Assembly (NCBI RefSeq): GCF_963921235.1
Contig: NC_086107.1
Location: forward strand, 111,850,001 to 111,914,000
DNA length: 64,000 nucleotides
Reading direction: 5' to 3'
From: Mobula hypostoma
Taxonomy: Eukaryota
Part shown: in pieces, positions 38,901 to 53,900 of the stretch
How positions within the stretch are numbered: the stretch's first letter is position 1
How the letters are laid out: every line of letters begins with the position of its first letter
The notes under the pieces: model-generated
Told to the model about the DNA's origin: nothing
The model's database searches: none
The model's input: only the letters and a program-made list of their open reading frames with translations
Position numbers and translations under genes: made by a program

Positions 38901-41900
38901 ATCCCACTGGCCGGTGATACAAGATAGTCACAGTTCGTAATAATATGTATTGCCTGAGGTACAGGTGGTGGCGAGCAGAGGGCATCAGGTTCACCCAGCT
39001 CAGAAAAGAGTCTCAGATCTCAGCTCTTCACTACATGAATTTGGCTGTTTGAGTGATGGTTCAGTACACTATGCATCCTTCTTAGATGCTGTATGGGCTA
39101 TAGCTGCATTTCCTTTTTCTTCAATTTTGTTTAAATACCAAAAAGAACTAGAGGTACGAAAAGATGAAAACTAATTGTGGGGACCACTTTAACTGCCACA
39201 AACTGAACTTCCCGGTGGCCAAAAATTTTAATTGCCATTGACTTTCAAGTTCTGACATGTCAGTCCATGCCCATGCCCTCCTCTTGTGCCATGATGAGGC
39301 CTCCCTTCGCATGGAGGAGCAAACGTTATATTCCGTCTGGGTAGCCTCTAACCTGGAGGCATGAATATTGATTTCTCCTTCCCGTAGAAAAACTACCCAC
39401 CCCCATTACCCTCTTCCTCTATTCCCCACTCTGACCTTGCCATTACCCTCACCTACCTATCACTTCCCCCTAAGTCCCTAATACTTTCTCTTTCTCCCAT
39501 GGTCCACTCTCATCTCCCTTCAGATTCCTCTCTTCTCCAATCCCTTACCTTTCCCATCCACCTGGCATCACCTATCACCTTCTAGCCAGCTCCTTCTCCT
39601 TCCCTAAATTTCTTTTCCGGCATTTTCCCCCTTCCTTCTCAGACCTGAGGAAAGGTCTTGGCCTGAAATGTCAACTGCTTATTCCTCTCCATTGATGCTG
39701 CCTGACCTGCTGAGTTCCTCCAGCATTTTGTGTGTGTTGCTCTGGATTTCCAGCATATGCAGATTTCTCTTGTTACTAATTGTGGTGGTCTGTGTTTGAA
39801 CAGTACGGAGTGATGAGAAATGCTTAGATTTTGAGAAATGGAGTTTGGCTGAACTTCAGCAAGCAGAGTATTAGAACACTTTGCAACTTACTTGCACATT
39901 TGACAACAGAAATTTAATTTTATTTTTGAGAATGAAATGAAGAATATTGGGGAAGGTGGATTAAGTTTTAGAATGGCGATCTCTTAGTTTAACATCCACT
40001 AATATTAATGCAGATTTTAATCAAGTTTATCCTTGATGATGTCAGATATTTCTGCCTGACTGTGAGATCACCACCTATCCATACACAGAGCCAAAGAATA
40101 GCACTCACCTTGAAAAGATCACAATATCCCACAGCAATCATGATGAGGATGTCTCACACTAATTAACCATCCCTTGTCTTTTCTCCTAACAGATCCATCA
40201 TCAGTCACTGGACTGTCTGTGGTAAACAGGACCACAAATTCATTGACAATTCAATGGACAAAGCCAACTGATAGAAGAGCCTCTGACTATACCTACAAAA
40301 TTACAGTCACTAATGTGATGAATAATGACAAGTGGATCAACAACACAAAAAAAGGCGAGACAAATTTCACAGTGACAGACCTGCATCCTGGAGACCAATA
40401 CAAACTATCGGTGGAGTCAGTAACTCCAGAGGGCACACTGAGCTCTCCTGAGAATGTGACAGACACCACAAGTAAGTAATTCTATAAAAGTCAGTACCTG
40501 CTCCAGTGTCTCAATGACAAGATACAGGATGAGCCCATGGCAGTTTAGGAAATGCACTGACATGGACTGAAGATTGGCTGTCTGAGGGATGGCAAAGTGT
40601 GGAAATAAAGGGGGCCTCTTCTGAATGGCTGCCGGTAACTAGTGGTGTTCTGCAGGAGTTGGTGTTGGGTCCATTAGCTCTCGTGTTCTACATTAATGCA
40701 AATAATCGAATTGGGACCAACAAGATAGGAAAAGGTGAGACAACGTTCATAGTGAGAGACCTGGGTCTTGGGGAACAGTACAATCTATCAGTGCAGTCGG
40801 TAACTCTGGAGGACACACTGAGCTCTCCTGAGAATGTGACAAACAGCACAAGTAAGTAATTATGTAAGGGTCAATACCTGCTCCACTGTCTTAGTCAACA
40901 ACAGTTCAAAAATTTTTATGTTTTTAATATCCTTATTGTGTTCGTTATCTTATGATTTTTTATGCTGTGTTGGATCCAGAGTAACAACTATTTAATTCTC
41001 CTTACTCTTTTGTAGAGTTACAAGGCAGCCACTTCTTCTTGTTGTTCCTTTCCGCCCCTTGTGGTGGATTGGGTAACAACCTCGCCATTTCTTTAGCATT
41101 TTTGTCTGTTTTTCACAAGACTGGGTTGTTAGTTTGATACTCAACCCAGCACAGATGGGAAATGTGCAAAGGAGATGGCTGGATTTGAGCCTGGGACCAT
41201 TCGTCTCAAGACTGTTTCGGATGTCACTATCCCACTGGCCGGTGATACAAGATAGTCACAGTTCGTAATAATATGTATTGCCTGAGGTACAGGTGGTGGC
41301 GAGCAGAGGGCATCAGGTTCACCCAGCTCAGAAAAGAGTCTCAGATCTCAGCTCTTCACTACATGAATTTGGCTGTTTGAGTGATGGTTCAGTACACTAT
41401 GCATCCTTCTTAGATGCTGTATGGGCTATAGCTGCATTTCCTTTTTCTTCAATTTTGTTTAAATACCAAAAAGAACTAGAGGTACGAAAAGATGAAAACT
41501 AATTGTGGGGACCACTTTAACTGCCACAAACTGAACTTCCCGGTGGCCAAAAATTTTAATTGCCATTGACTTTCAAGTTCTGACATGTCAGTCCATGCCC
41601 ATGCCCTCCTCTTGTGCCATGATGAGGCCTCCCTTCGCATGGAGGAGCAAACGTTATATTCCGTCTGGGTAGCCTCTAACCTGGAGGCATGAATATTGAT
41701 TTCTCCTTCCCGTAGAAAAACTACCCACTCCCATTACCCTCTTCCTCTATTCCCCACTCTGACCTTGCCATTACCCTCACCTACCTATCACTTCCCCCTA
41801 AGTCCCTAATACTTTCTCTTTCTCCCATGGTCCACTCTCATCTCCCTTCAGATTCCTCTCTTCTCCAATCCCTTACCTTTCCCATCCACCTGGCATCACC

Positions 41901-44900
41901 TATCACCTTCTAGCCAGCTCCTTCTCCTTCCCTAAATTTCTTTTCCAGCATTTTCCCCCTTCCTTCTCAGACCTGAGGAAAGGTCTTGGCCTGAAATGTC
42001 AACTGCTTATTCCTCTCCATTGATGCTGCCTGACCTGCTGAGTTCCTCCAGCATTTTGTGTGTGTTGCTCTGGATTTCCAGCATATGCAGATTTCTCTTG
42101 TTACTAATTGTGGTGGTCTGTGTTTGAACAGTACGGAGTGATGAGAAATGCTTAGATTTTGAGAAATGGAGTTTGGCTGAACTTCAGCAAGCAGAGTATT
42201 AGAACACTTTGCAACTTACTTGCACATTTGACAACAGAAATTTAATTTTATTTTTGAGAATGAAATGAAGAATATTGGGGAAGGTGGATTAAGTTTTAGA
42301 ATGGCGATCTCTTAGTTTAACATCCACTAATATTAATGCAGATTTTAATCAAGTTTATCCTTGATGATGTCAGATATTTCTGCCTGACTGTGAGATCACC
42401 GCCTATCCATACACAGAGCCAAAGAATAGCACTCACCTTGAAAAGATCACAATATCCCACAGCAATCATGATGAGGATGTCTCACACTAATTAACCATCC
42501 CTTGTCTTTTCTCCTAACAGATCCATCATCAGTCACTGGACTGTCTGTGGTAAACAGGACCACAAATTCATTGACAATTCAATGGACAAAGCCAACTGAT
42601 AGAAGAGCCTCTGACTATACCTACAAAATTACAGTCACTAATGTGATGAATAATGACAAGTGGATCAACAACACAAAAAAAGGCGAGACAAATTTCACAG
42701 TGACAGACCTGCATCCTGGAGACCAATACAAACTATCGGTGGAGTCAGTAACTCCAGAGGACACACTGAGCTCTCCTGAGAATGTGACAGACACCACAAG
42801 TAAGTAATTATGTAAGGGTCAATACCTGCTCCACTGTCTTAGTCAACAACAGTTCAAAAATTTTTATGTTTTTAATATCCTTATTGTGTTCGTTATCTTA
42901 TGATTTTTTATGCTGTGTTGGATCCAGAGTAACAACTATTTAATTCTCCTTACTCTTTTGTAGAGTTACAAGGCAGCCACTTCTTCTTGTTGTTCCTTTC
43001 CGCCCCTTGTGGTGGATTGGGTAACAACCTCGCCATTTCTTTAGCATTTTTGTCTGTTTTTCACAAGACTGGGTTGTTAGTTTGATACTCAACCCAGCAC
43101 AGATGGGAAATGTGCAAAGGAGATGGCTGGATTTGAGCCTGGGACCATTCGTCTCAAGACTGTTTCGGATGTCACTATCCCACTGGCCGGTGATACAAGA
43201 TAGTCACAGTTCGTAATAATATGTATTGCCTGAGGTACAGGTGGTGGTGAGCAGAGGGCATCAGGTTCACCCAGCTCAGAAAAGAGTCTCAGATCTCAGC
43301 TCTTCACTACATGAATTTGGCTGTTTGAGTGATGGTTCAGTACACTATGCATCCATCTCAGCTGCTGGATGGACTAAAGCTTCATTTCCTTTATCTTTAA
43401 TTTTGTTTAAATACAAAAAGAACTAGAGGTACGAAAAGATAAAATTTAAGATGAGGGCCCCTTTATCTGCCACAAACCGGCTCTGACATGTCAGTCCATG
43501 CCCTCCTCTTGTGCCAAGGTGAAGCATCAGGGTGGAAGAGCAACACCATCCATTCCGTCTGGGTAGCCTCCAGACTAATGTCATGAATGTCCATTTCTCC
43601 TTCTGGCAGAAAAACTCTTCCCCGCCAACCTTCCTCCTCTATACCCTGTTCTGATCTTTCACCTCTTCTCATCTACCTATCACTTGCCCCTAGGTCCCCA
43701 ACACCTTCCGTTTCTCCCACGGTCCACTCTCCTCTCCTGTCAGAACCTTTCTTCTCCAGTCCCTTACCTTTCCCATCCACCTGGCTTCATCTATCACCTT
43801 TCAGTGAGACTCCTACCCCTGCCCTGACTTTTTTGTCTGGCATTTGCCCCTTCAGTCTCAGTACTGAAGAAGGTTCTTGGCCTGAAACGTCGAATGTTTA
43901 CTCGTCTCTACATATGCTGCCTGACCTGCTGAGTTCCTCCAGCATTTTGTGTGTGATGCTCTAGATTTCCCGTATCTGCAGATTTCTGCTGTTACTCATT
44001 GTGGTGGTCTGATTGAACAACACGGTGTGATGTGTAACGTTTAGATTTGGAGAAATGAAGTTTGGCTGAACTTCAATAAGCAGAATATTAGAACAATTTG
44101 TAACTTACTTGCACATCTGGCAACAGAAATTTCATTTATGAGAACAAAATTAAAGATATTGGGAAAAGAGGATTAAGTCAAAGAATGCCGAACATTTCGT
44201 TTAACATCCACTAATATTAATGCAGATTTTAATCAAGTTTATGCCAGATGATAATCTTTTTAATATTAAAAGGAACTATTAAAAGTAGTGCGAAAAGAAG
44301 AAATGGATTTAGCTGGGCTAAGACTGAGCTGCACACTGTGAAAATTAATGCCACTCTTTTGAAGAATGAAGTTTGGCTCAACTTCAACAAACAGGGTGTT
44401 GCAACAACTTGCAAGACCCTTGCACAATTTGCAACAGATATTCGAATTCACGTTGGGAATTAATGGAATGAAGGATATTGCGGTATTGGGAATATTGAGA
44501 TAACAACTTGATAGCATGAATATTCAATTTCATCTTCTGGGAAAAGAATTTCTCTCTACCTCCTATCTTCTTCTATCCTCACTCTGGCCTCTCACCACTT
44601 CTCATTTGCCTATCACCTCCCCCGGAACCTCTTCTCCTTCCTCCCTTTCTCCTATAGTCCATTCACCTCACGTGTCAGATTCCTTCTTCTCCAGAACGTT
44701 ACCTTTCCAAACCATCTGGCTTCAACTATCACTTTCTAGCTATCATGCTTCTCCTCTCCCCCACCTTTTTATTCTGGCATCTTCCTCCTTCATTTCTAGT
44801 CCTGAAGAAGGGACTTGGTTCAAACTGTCAACTGCTTATTCATTTACATAGGTGCTGCCTGACTTGCTGAGTTCCTCCAGCATTTTACATGTGTTGTTAT

Positions 44901-47900
44901 TGGGATAGGTGTGTTAGGTCATTGAATAACCATCTCTTAGTTTAAAATCCTCTGATATTCTCAGTCTCCAGTATTCGCCAATAGTGCAGAAGTCTCACAG
45001 TATACACTCTCCCATGGGAGAGACTCCAGGTAATTTTTAATTATATCTATGCCAGATGATGTCAGATATTTCTGTCTGACTGTGAGGCCAATGCTTATCC
45101 ATACACAGAGCCAAAGAATAGCACTCACCTTGAAAAGGTCTCACTATCCAAGAGCAATCAGGATGGAGGATGTCTCGCACTAATTAACCATCCCTTGTCT
45201 TTTCTCTTGACAGATCCATCACCAGTCACTGGACTTGATGCAGTAGACAGGACAACAAATTCGTTAACAATTAATTGGACAGAGCCAAATGATACAAGAG
45301 CTGTTAACTATACCTACAAGATTACAGTCAGAAATGTGATGCATAATGTCAGTTCGATCAACTACACAAAAAAAGGCCAGACAGCTTTCACAGTGACAGA
45401 CCTGCATCCTGGAGACCAATACAAACTATCGGTGGAGTCAGTAACTCCAGAGGACACACTGAGCTCTCCTGAGAATGTGACAAACACCACAAGTAAGTAA
45501 TTATGTAAGGGTCAATACCTGCTCCACTGTCTTAGTCAACAACAGTTCAAAAATTTTTATGTTTTTAATATCCTTATTGTGTTCGTTATCTTATGATTTT
45601 TTATGCTGTGTTGGATCCAGAGTAACAACTATTTAATTCTCCTTACTCTTTTGTAGAGTTACAAGGCAGCCACTTCTTCTTGTTGTTCCTTTCCGCCCCT
45701 TGTGGTGGATTGGGTAACAACCTCGCCATTTCTTTAGCATTTTTGTCTGTTTTTCACAAGACTGGGTTGTTAGTTTGATACTCAACCCAGCACAGATGGG
45801 AAATGTGCAAAGGAGATGGCTGGATTTGAGCCTGGGACCATTCGTCTCAAGACTGTTTCGGATGTCACTATCCCACTGGCCGGTGATACAAGATAGTCAC
45901 AGTTCGTAATAATATGTATTGCCTGAGGTACAGGTGGTGGCGAGCAGAGGGCATCAGGTTCACCCAGCTCAGAAAAGAGTCTCAGATCTCAGCTCTTCAC
46001 TACATGAATTTGGCTGTTTGAGTGATGGTTCAGTACACTATGCATCCTTCTTAGATGCTGTATGGGCTATAGCTGCATTTCCTTTTTCTTCAATTTTGTT
46101 TAAATACCAAAAAGAACTAGAGGTACGAAAAGATGAAAACTAATTGTGGGGACCACTTTAACTGCCACAAACTGAACTTCCCGGTGGCCAAAAATTTTAA
46201 TTGCCATTGACTTTCAAGTTCTGACATGTCAGTCCATGCCCATGCCCTCCTCTTGTGCCATGATGAGGCCTCCCTTCGCATGGAGGAGCAAACGTTATAT
46301 TCCGTCTGGGTAGCCTCTAACCTGGAGGCATGAATATTGATTTCTCCTTCCCGTAGAAAAACTACCCACCCCCATTACCCTCTTCCTCTATTCCCCACTC
46401 TGACCTTGCCATTACCCTCACCTACCTATCACTTCCCCCTAAGTCCCTAATACTTTCTCTTTCTCCCATGGTCCACTCTCATCTCCCTTCAGATTCCTCT
46501 CTTCTCCAATCCCTTACCTTTCCCATCCACCTGGCATCACCTATCACCTTCTAGCCAGCTCCTTCTCCTTCCCTAAATTTCTTTTCCGGCATTTTCCCCC
46601 TTCCTTCTCAGACCTGAGGAAAGGTCTTGGCCTGAAATGTCAACTGCTTATTCCTCTCCATTGATGCTGCCTGACCTGCTGAGTTCCTCCAGCATTTTGT
46701 GTGTGTTGCTCTGGATTTCCAGCATATGCAGATTTCTCTTGTTACTAATTGTGGTGGTCTGTGTTTGAACAGTACGGAGTGATGAGAAATGCTTAGATTT
46801 TGAGAAATGGAGTTTGGCTGAACTTCAGCAAGCAGAGTATTAGAACACTTTGCAACTTACTTGCACATTTGACAACAGAAATTTAATTTTATTTTTGAGA
46901 ATGAAATGAAGAATATTGGGGAAGGTGGATTAAGTTTTAGAATGGCGATCTCTTAGTTTAACATCCACTAATATTAATGCAGATTTTAATCAAGTTTATC
47001 CTTGATGATGTCAGATATTTCTGCCTGACTGTGAGATCACCGCCTATCCATACACAGAGCCAAAGAATAGCACTCACCTTGAAAAGATCACAATATCCCA
47101 CAGCAATCATGATGAGGATGTCTCACACTAATTAACCATCCCTTGTCTTTTCTCCTAACAGATCCATCATCAGTCACTGGACTGTCTGTGGTAAACAGGA
47201 CCACAAATTCATTGACAATTCAATGGACAAAGCCAACTGATAGAAGAGCCTCTGACTATACCTACAAAATTACAGTCACTAATGTGATGAATAATGACAA
47301 GTGGATCAACAACACAAAAAAAGGCGAGACAAATTTCACAGTGACAGACCTGCATCCTGGAGACCAATACAAACTATCGGTGGAGTCAGTAACTCCAGAG
47401 GGCACACTGAGCTCTCCTGAGAATGTGACAGACACCACAAGTAAGTAATTCTATAAAAGTCAGTACCTGCTCCAGTGTCTCAATGACAAGATACAGGATG
47501 AGCCCATGGCAGTTTAGGAAATGCACTGACATGGACTGAAGATTGGCTGTCTGAGGGATGGCAAAGTGTGGAAATAAAGGGGGCCTCTTCTGAATGGCTG
47601 CTGGTAACTAGTGGTGTTCTGCAGGAGTTGGTGTTGGGTCCATTAGCTCTCGTGTTCTACATTAATGCAAATAATCGAATTGGGACCAACAAGATAGGAA
47701 AAGGTGAGACAACGTTCATAGTGAGAGACCTGGGTCTTGGGGAACAGTACAATCTATCAGTGCAGTCGGTAACTCTGGAGGACACACTGAGCTCTCCTGA
47801 GAATGTGACAAACACCACAAGTAAGTAATTATGTAAGGGTCAATACCTGCTCCACTGTCTTAGTCAACAACAGTTCAAAAATTTTTATGTTTTTAATATC

Positions 47901-50900
47901 CTTATTGTGTTCGTTATCTTATGATTTTTTATGCTGTGTTGGATCCAGAGTAACAACTATTTAATTCTCCTTACTCTTTTGTAGAGTTACAAGGCAGCCA
48001 CTTCTTCTTGTTGTTCCTTTCCGCCCCTTGTGGTGGATTGGGTAACAACCTCGCCATTTCTTTAGCATTTTTGTCTGTTTTTCACAAGACTGGGTTGTTA
48101 GTTTGATACTCAACCCAGCACAGATGGGAAATGTGCAAAGGAGATGGCTGGATTTGAGCCTGGGACCATTCGTCTCAAGACTGTTTCGGATGTCACTATC
48201 CCACTGGCCGGTGATACAAGATAGTCACAGTTCGTAATAATATGTATTGCCTGAGGTACAGGTGGTGGCGAGCAGAGGGCATCAGGTTCACCCAGCTCAG
48301 AAAAGAGTCTCAGATCTCAGCTCTTCACTACATGAATTTGGCTGTTTGAGTGATGGTTCAGTACACTATGCATCCTTCTTAGATGCTGTATGGGCTATAG
48401 CTGCATTTCCTTTTTCTTCAATTTTGTTTAAATACCAAAAAGAACTAGAGGTACGAAAAGATGAAAACTAATTGTGGGGACCACTTTAACTGCCACAAAC
48501 TGAACTTCCCGGTGGCCAAAAATTTTAATTGCCATTGACTTTCAAGTTCTGACATGTCAGTCCATGCCCATGCCCTCCTCTTGTGCCATGATGAGGCCTC
48601 CCTTCGCATGGAGGAGCAAACGTTATATTCCGTCTGGGTAGCCTCTAACCTGGAGGCATGAATATTGATTTCTCCTTCCCGTAGAAAAACTACCCACCCC
48701 CATTACCCTCTTCCTCTATTCCCCACTCTGACCTTGCCATTACCCTCACCTACCTATCACTTCCCCCTAAGTCCCTAATACTTTCTCTTTCTCCCATGGT
48801 CCACTCTCATCTCCCTTCAGATTCCTCTCTTCTCCAATCCCTTACCTTTCCCATCCACCTGGCATCACCTATCACCTTCTAGCCAGCTCCTTCTCCTTCC
48901 CTAAATTTCTTTTCCAGCATTTTCCCCCTTCCTTCTCAGACCTGAGGAAAGGTCTTGGCCTGAAATGTCAACTGCTTATTCCTCTCCATTGATGCTGCCT
49001 GACCTGCTGAGTTCCTCCAGCATTTTGTGTGTGTTGCTCTGGATTTCCAGCATATGCAGATTTCTCTTGTTACTAATTGTGGTGGTCTGTGTTTGAACAG
49101 TACGGAGTGATGAGAAATGCTTAGATTTTGAGAAATGGAGTTTGGCTGAACTTCAGCAAGCAGAGTATTAGAACACTTTGCAACTTACTTGCACATTTGA
49201 CAACAGAAATTTAATTTTATTTTTGAGAATGAAATGAAGAATATTGGGGAAGGTGGATTAAGTTTTAGAATGGCGATCTCTTAGTTTAACATCCACTAAT
49301 ATTAATGCAGATTTTAATCAAGTTTATCCTTGATGATGTCAGATATTTCTGCCTGACTGTGAGATCACCGCCTATCCATACACAGAGCCAAAGAATAGCA
49401 CTCACCTTGAAAAGATCACAATATCCCACAGCAATCATGATGAGGATGTCTCACACTAATTAACCATCCCTTGTCTTTTCTCCTAACAGATCCATCATCA
49501 GTCACTGGACTGTCTGTGGTAAACAGGACCACAAATTCATTGACAATTCAATGGACAAAGCCAACTGATAGAAGAGCCTCTGACTATACCTACAAAATTA
49601 CAGTCACTAATGTGATGAATAATGACAAGTGGATCAACAACACAAAAAAAGGCGAGACAAATTTCACAGTGACAGACCTGCATCCTGGAGACCAATACAA
49701 ACTATCGGTGGAGTCAGTAACTCCAGAGGGCACACTGAGCTCTCCTGAGAATGTGACAGACACCACAAGTAAGTAATTCTATAAAAGTCAGTACCTGCTC
49801 CAGTGTCTCAATGACAAGATACAGGATGAGCCCATGGCAGTTTAGGAAATGCACTGACATGGACTGAAGATTGGCTGTCTGAGGGATGGCAAAGTGTGGA
49901 AATAAAGGGGGCCTCTTCTGAATGGCTGCCGGTAACTAGTGGTGTTCTGCAGGAGTTGGTGTTGGGTCCATTAGCTCTCGTGTTCTACATTAATGCAAAT
50001 AATCGAATTGGGACCAACAAGATAGGAAAAGGTGAGACAACGTTCATAGTGAGAGACCTGGGTCTTGGGGAACAGTACAATCTATCAGTGCAGTCGGTAA
50101 CTCTGGAGGACACACTGAGCTCTCCTGAGGAGGTGACAAACACCACAAGTAAGTAATTCTACAGGAGTTAGTGCCTCGGAACCTGATCCCACATCTGAAC
50201 CAGTCAGTACTGGAGCAAACCTTACCATTTAATATCACCGGCATAGGTCATGAAATTTGTTGTTATGCAGCAGCAGTACATTGCAATAAATAAAAATATA
50301 AATTACAATTTTATATATATTTTTTGATCTGAAGAATACACTTTACAATGCTCTGAACACTACATGAGTGACATAAACTGGGGTCACTGGGTATATATCT
50401 ACAGTATTGTGCATAAGTCTCAGGTACATATACGAGGGGTGATTGATACCTTCGTGGCCTAAGGTAGAAGGAGTTAATTTTAGAAACCCTAGCACATTTA
50501 TTTTTCAATATAGTCCTCTCCTACATGTACACACTTAGTCCAGCGGTCGTGGAGCATACGGATCCCTTCTTTGCGGAAGTCGGCGTCTTTGACCTCCAGA
50601 AAGTGGTCCACAGCAGCGATGACGTCATCATCAGTGTCAAAATGGCGACCACTGAGTGCCTTCGTCATCCTGGGGATCAGGTAGTAGTCCGAGGGTGCCA
50701 AATCAGGTGAACGGGCGGGTGTTCGACGAGTTTGAATCGGCATTCCTGGATGGCAGCCATCGTCACTGTGGACTTGTGGGCTGGAGCGTTGTCCTGGTGG
50801 AAGAGCACTCCTCTTGTCAGCTTCCCACGCCAAATGTTCTTGATTTTCTCCCGTAGTTGTCTCAAGAGATCAGCATAGTAGGCCCCTGTAATAGTGTGAC

Positions 50901-53900
50901 CCTTTTCCAGGTAGTCCACCAGCAGCACTCCCTTTGCATCCCAGAAGACGGAGGCCATCACCTTGCCTGCGGACGTCACTGACTTGGCTTTCTTGGGAGC
51001 CGGAGGTCCTGGGTGTTTCCACTGTTTCTATTGTTCTTTCGTCTCTGGTTGGAAGCGGTGGATCCAAGTCTCATCCATGGTTACAAGTTGCTGGAGGAAT
51101 CTCTCGGGATCTGCCTCAAAAATGGCTAGATTGTCCCTTGACATGTTGTGCTGAATCCGCTTCTCATCAGGCCCAAGGAGTTTCGGGACCCAGCGAGCTG
51201 ACACCTTGGTCATTTTGGAGTTCGTTGTAGATAACTGCATGGACACATTCCTGGGAGATACCCAACTCTGTGGCAATTTACCGCTGTGTTATTCATCGAT
51301 CTGTCAAGATCATGTCATGGATCTTGTCAATGGTCTGTGTGGTGATGGTGACAGATCTTCCAGGATGGGGGTCGTCTTCCAGGCTCTCTCTGCCATGTTT
51401 GAATTCAGCAGCCCACTTCTTCACCATGCGGTAAGAAGGGGCACCCTCCCCTCGTGTTACCACCCTGTCCTCAAGGATCTCCTTGGGTGATAAGCCCTTG
51501 AGACCCAGGTAGCAGATGACTGTATGAAGGCCGATGTTGTCCATTTTCTCAGACAGTGCTTACTTGCAACTTTCAATTATCTGAAACAGAAATACCATAA
51601 AAGTTATTAACTTCAAAATTTCTGCATAATCACTCAAAGCGTTGAATTGCAAGTGCGTGTAACGAGAGCTTCTTCTTCTACCTTGGATCACGAACGTATC
51701 AATCACCCCTCGTATATAGTTAGGATACCTAGAAGTTTTGCATAGTACTGTAGTAATTTTATGTATTGCACTGTATTGCTGCCGCAAAAAAAAACACATT
51801 TCGTGACATATTTAAGTGATGATAAATCTGATTCTTATATGGGTCCCTATTATGCGCTGAGAGTGGAGAGGGGGCAGGAAGAGGGGAATCATGGATGGGA
51901 AAAGTGGAAGGGAGAGGGGAGGGAGTGGGGAGCACCAGCGAGGCATTCTGTAATGATCAATAAACCAATTGAATGGAATTGAATGACCTTGCCTGGTGTC
52001 TCAGTGCTGGGTTTGCCTGCACCCATGCCATTCCCCTGCCCCAGAACTCCTTCTCTGCCACCTGTCCTACATCCCTCCATCACCACTCCCAACATCATTT
52101 ACAAACTCACTCTCTGCTTCACATTGACAAATACAATACTGTGCAAAGGTCTTAGGCACCCTAGTTATATATACGTACCTAAGTCTTTTCCACAGTACTT
52201 TCTATATCAACTAAATTAAATAAGTAATGCAAAAATAAAGGAAAGAAAAATACTGAGGTAGTATTGATGGGTTCAACGTCCATTCAGAAATCTGATGGCG
52301 GAGGGGAAGAAACTGTTCCTGAAACGTTAAGTATGTGTCTTCAGGCTCCTGTACCTCCTTCCTGATGGTAGCAATGAGAAGAGGGCATGTTCTGGGTGAT
52401 GGGGTCCTTGATGATAAATGTTGTCTTTTTGAGGCATCGCTCCCTGAAGATGTCCTGGATACTAGGGAGGCTAGTGCCCGTGATACAGCAGACTAAGTTT
52501 ACAACTCTCTGCTGCTTACTTCAATCCTGTGTAGTAGCGACCCCTCCCCGGCCCCCAAACCAGATGGTGATGCAGCCAGTCAGAATGCTTTCCACAGCAC
52601 ACCTCCAGAAATTTTCAAGTGTTTTAAGTGACAAACCAAATCTCCTCAAACTCCTAATGAAATATAGCCACTGCCTTGCCTTTTTTATAGCTGCATCGAT
52701 ACGTTGGGACCAGGTTAATTCCTCAGGGATATTAGCACCCAGCGACTTGAAATTGCTCACTCTCTCCAAATCTGATCCCTCTATGAGGATTGGTTTGTGT
52801 TCCCTCATCTTACCCTTTCCCCCTTTCCGAAGTCCACAATCAGCTCTTTGGTCTTACTGACATTGAGTGCAAGGTTGTTGCTGTGATACCACTCAACTAG
52901 CTGGTATATCTCACTCCTGTACGTCCTCTCATTGCCATCTGAGATTCAGTGCACGTCCTGGGTGCTGGGGTGAGGATCGCGGCAATGTTTTGACATATCT
53001 GAACGAAAATATGATTTTCCCTTAATTTTCTGCATGAATAGTGAACTGAGATGGATAAGATTTTGGGGTCAGACTCTCATGTGTAACTGTTTCATATTAA
53101 AGTGAGCCTCTGCAAAGTGCTTTCTGATGGGAGCGATTACTAAATCTCCACACACTGAAAGTGCAGCAGCTGATGATGTTGAAGGCAACATATTGACCAA
53201 CCATGAACACAGACAGAAGCAGTCAGAGGCAGACTGGACGTGCACGCAGATTAGCTCAGAAGAGAGTGAAAGGTTTTCTCTATAGCATTGGGGGACTGTG
53301 TTGATGTTTTTGTAATCAATGCATCTGTCTCCGCTGATGCAGGGACTGCTGTTGCATTTCCTGCAGCCAAAGTTTGTTTTTGTTAAAAAATCAAGAGGAG
53401 CTAACAGGATGAAAAGAGGAAAAATGTTTTTGCTGTTCAATGAATGTGCTTCTCAGTGTAAAAGTTGTCACCAAGCTTTTAAAGAAACACATACAGAATG
53501 CTGAAGGAACTGAGCAGGCCAGGTAGCTTCTATGGAAAAGAGTAAGCATTCGATGTTTCAGGCCAAGACCCTTCATAAATCCTGTAGAAAGGCCTCAACC
53601 CAAAACGTCAACTGTTTACTCTTTTCCAAAGCAGCTGCCTCACCTGCTGAGTTCCTCCAGCATTTTGTGTGTGTTGCTTTGGATTTCAAACATCTGCTGT
53701 TTTTTTCCTGTTTTTGTAAAGTTTTTAAAGAAGTCAGCTGGCCACTGGTGTGCTGCCATCTGCACTGGACTTTGGGGTGAGTGGTCCTGGATTCAGATCT
53801 GACCGGCTCTTTGCACGCCTTCCATCCGTGCTGAGTTGAGCATCGAGCTACCAACTCGGCCTCATAAAACAGACAAATGCAAACAAATTGACAAGGTTGC

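Larger units (their letters stand above)
35440..42800 (+). repeat. Tandem array, 2328-bp unit, about 3.2 copies
   Basis: ORF starts 35518/37846/40174/42502 and 36622/38950/41278 are spaced exactly 2328; only scattered SNPs seen by eye. Confidence 0.95.
45493..50148 (+). repeat. Second block of the 2328-bp unit, about 2 copies
   Basis: 45919/48247, 47143/49471 and 47568/49896 are spaced 2328. Confidence 0.95.

Noticed and set aside
50498..51544. Functional or domesticated mariner transposase
   Set aside because: Split by frameshifts and stops in both copies.
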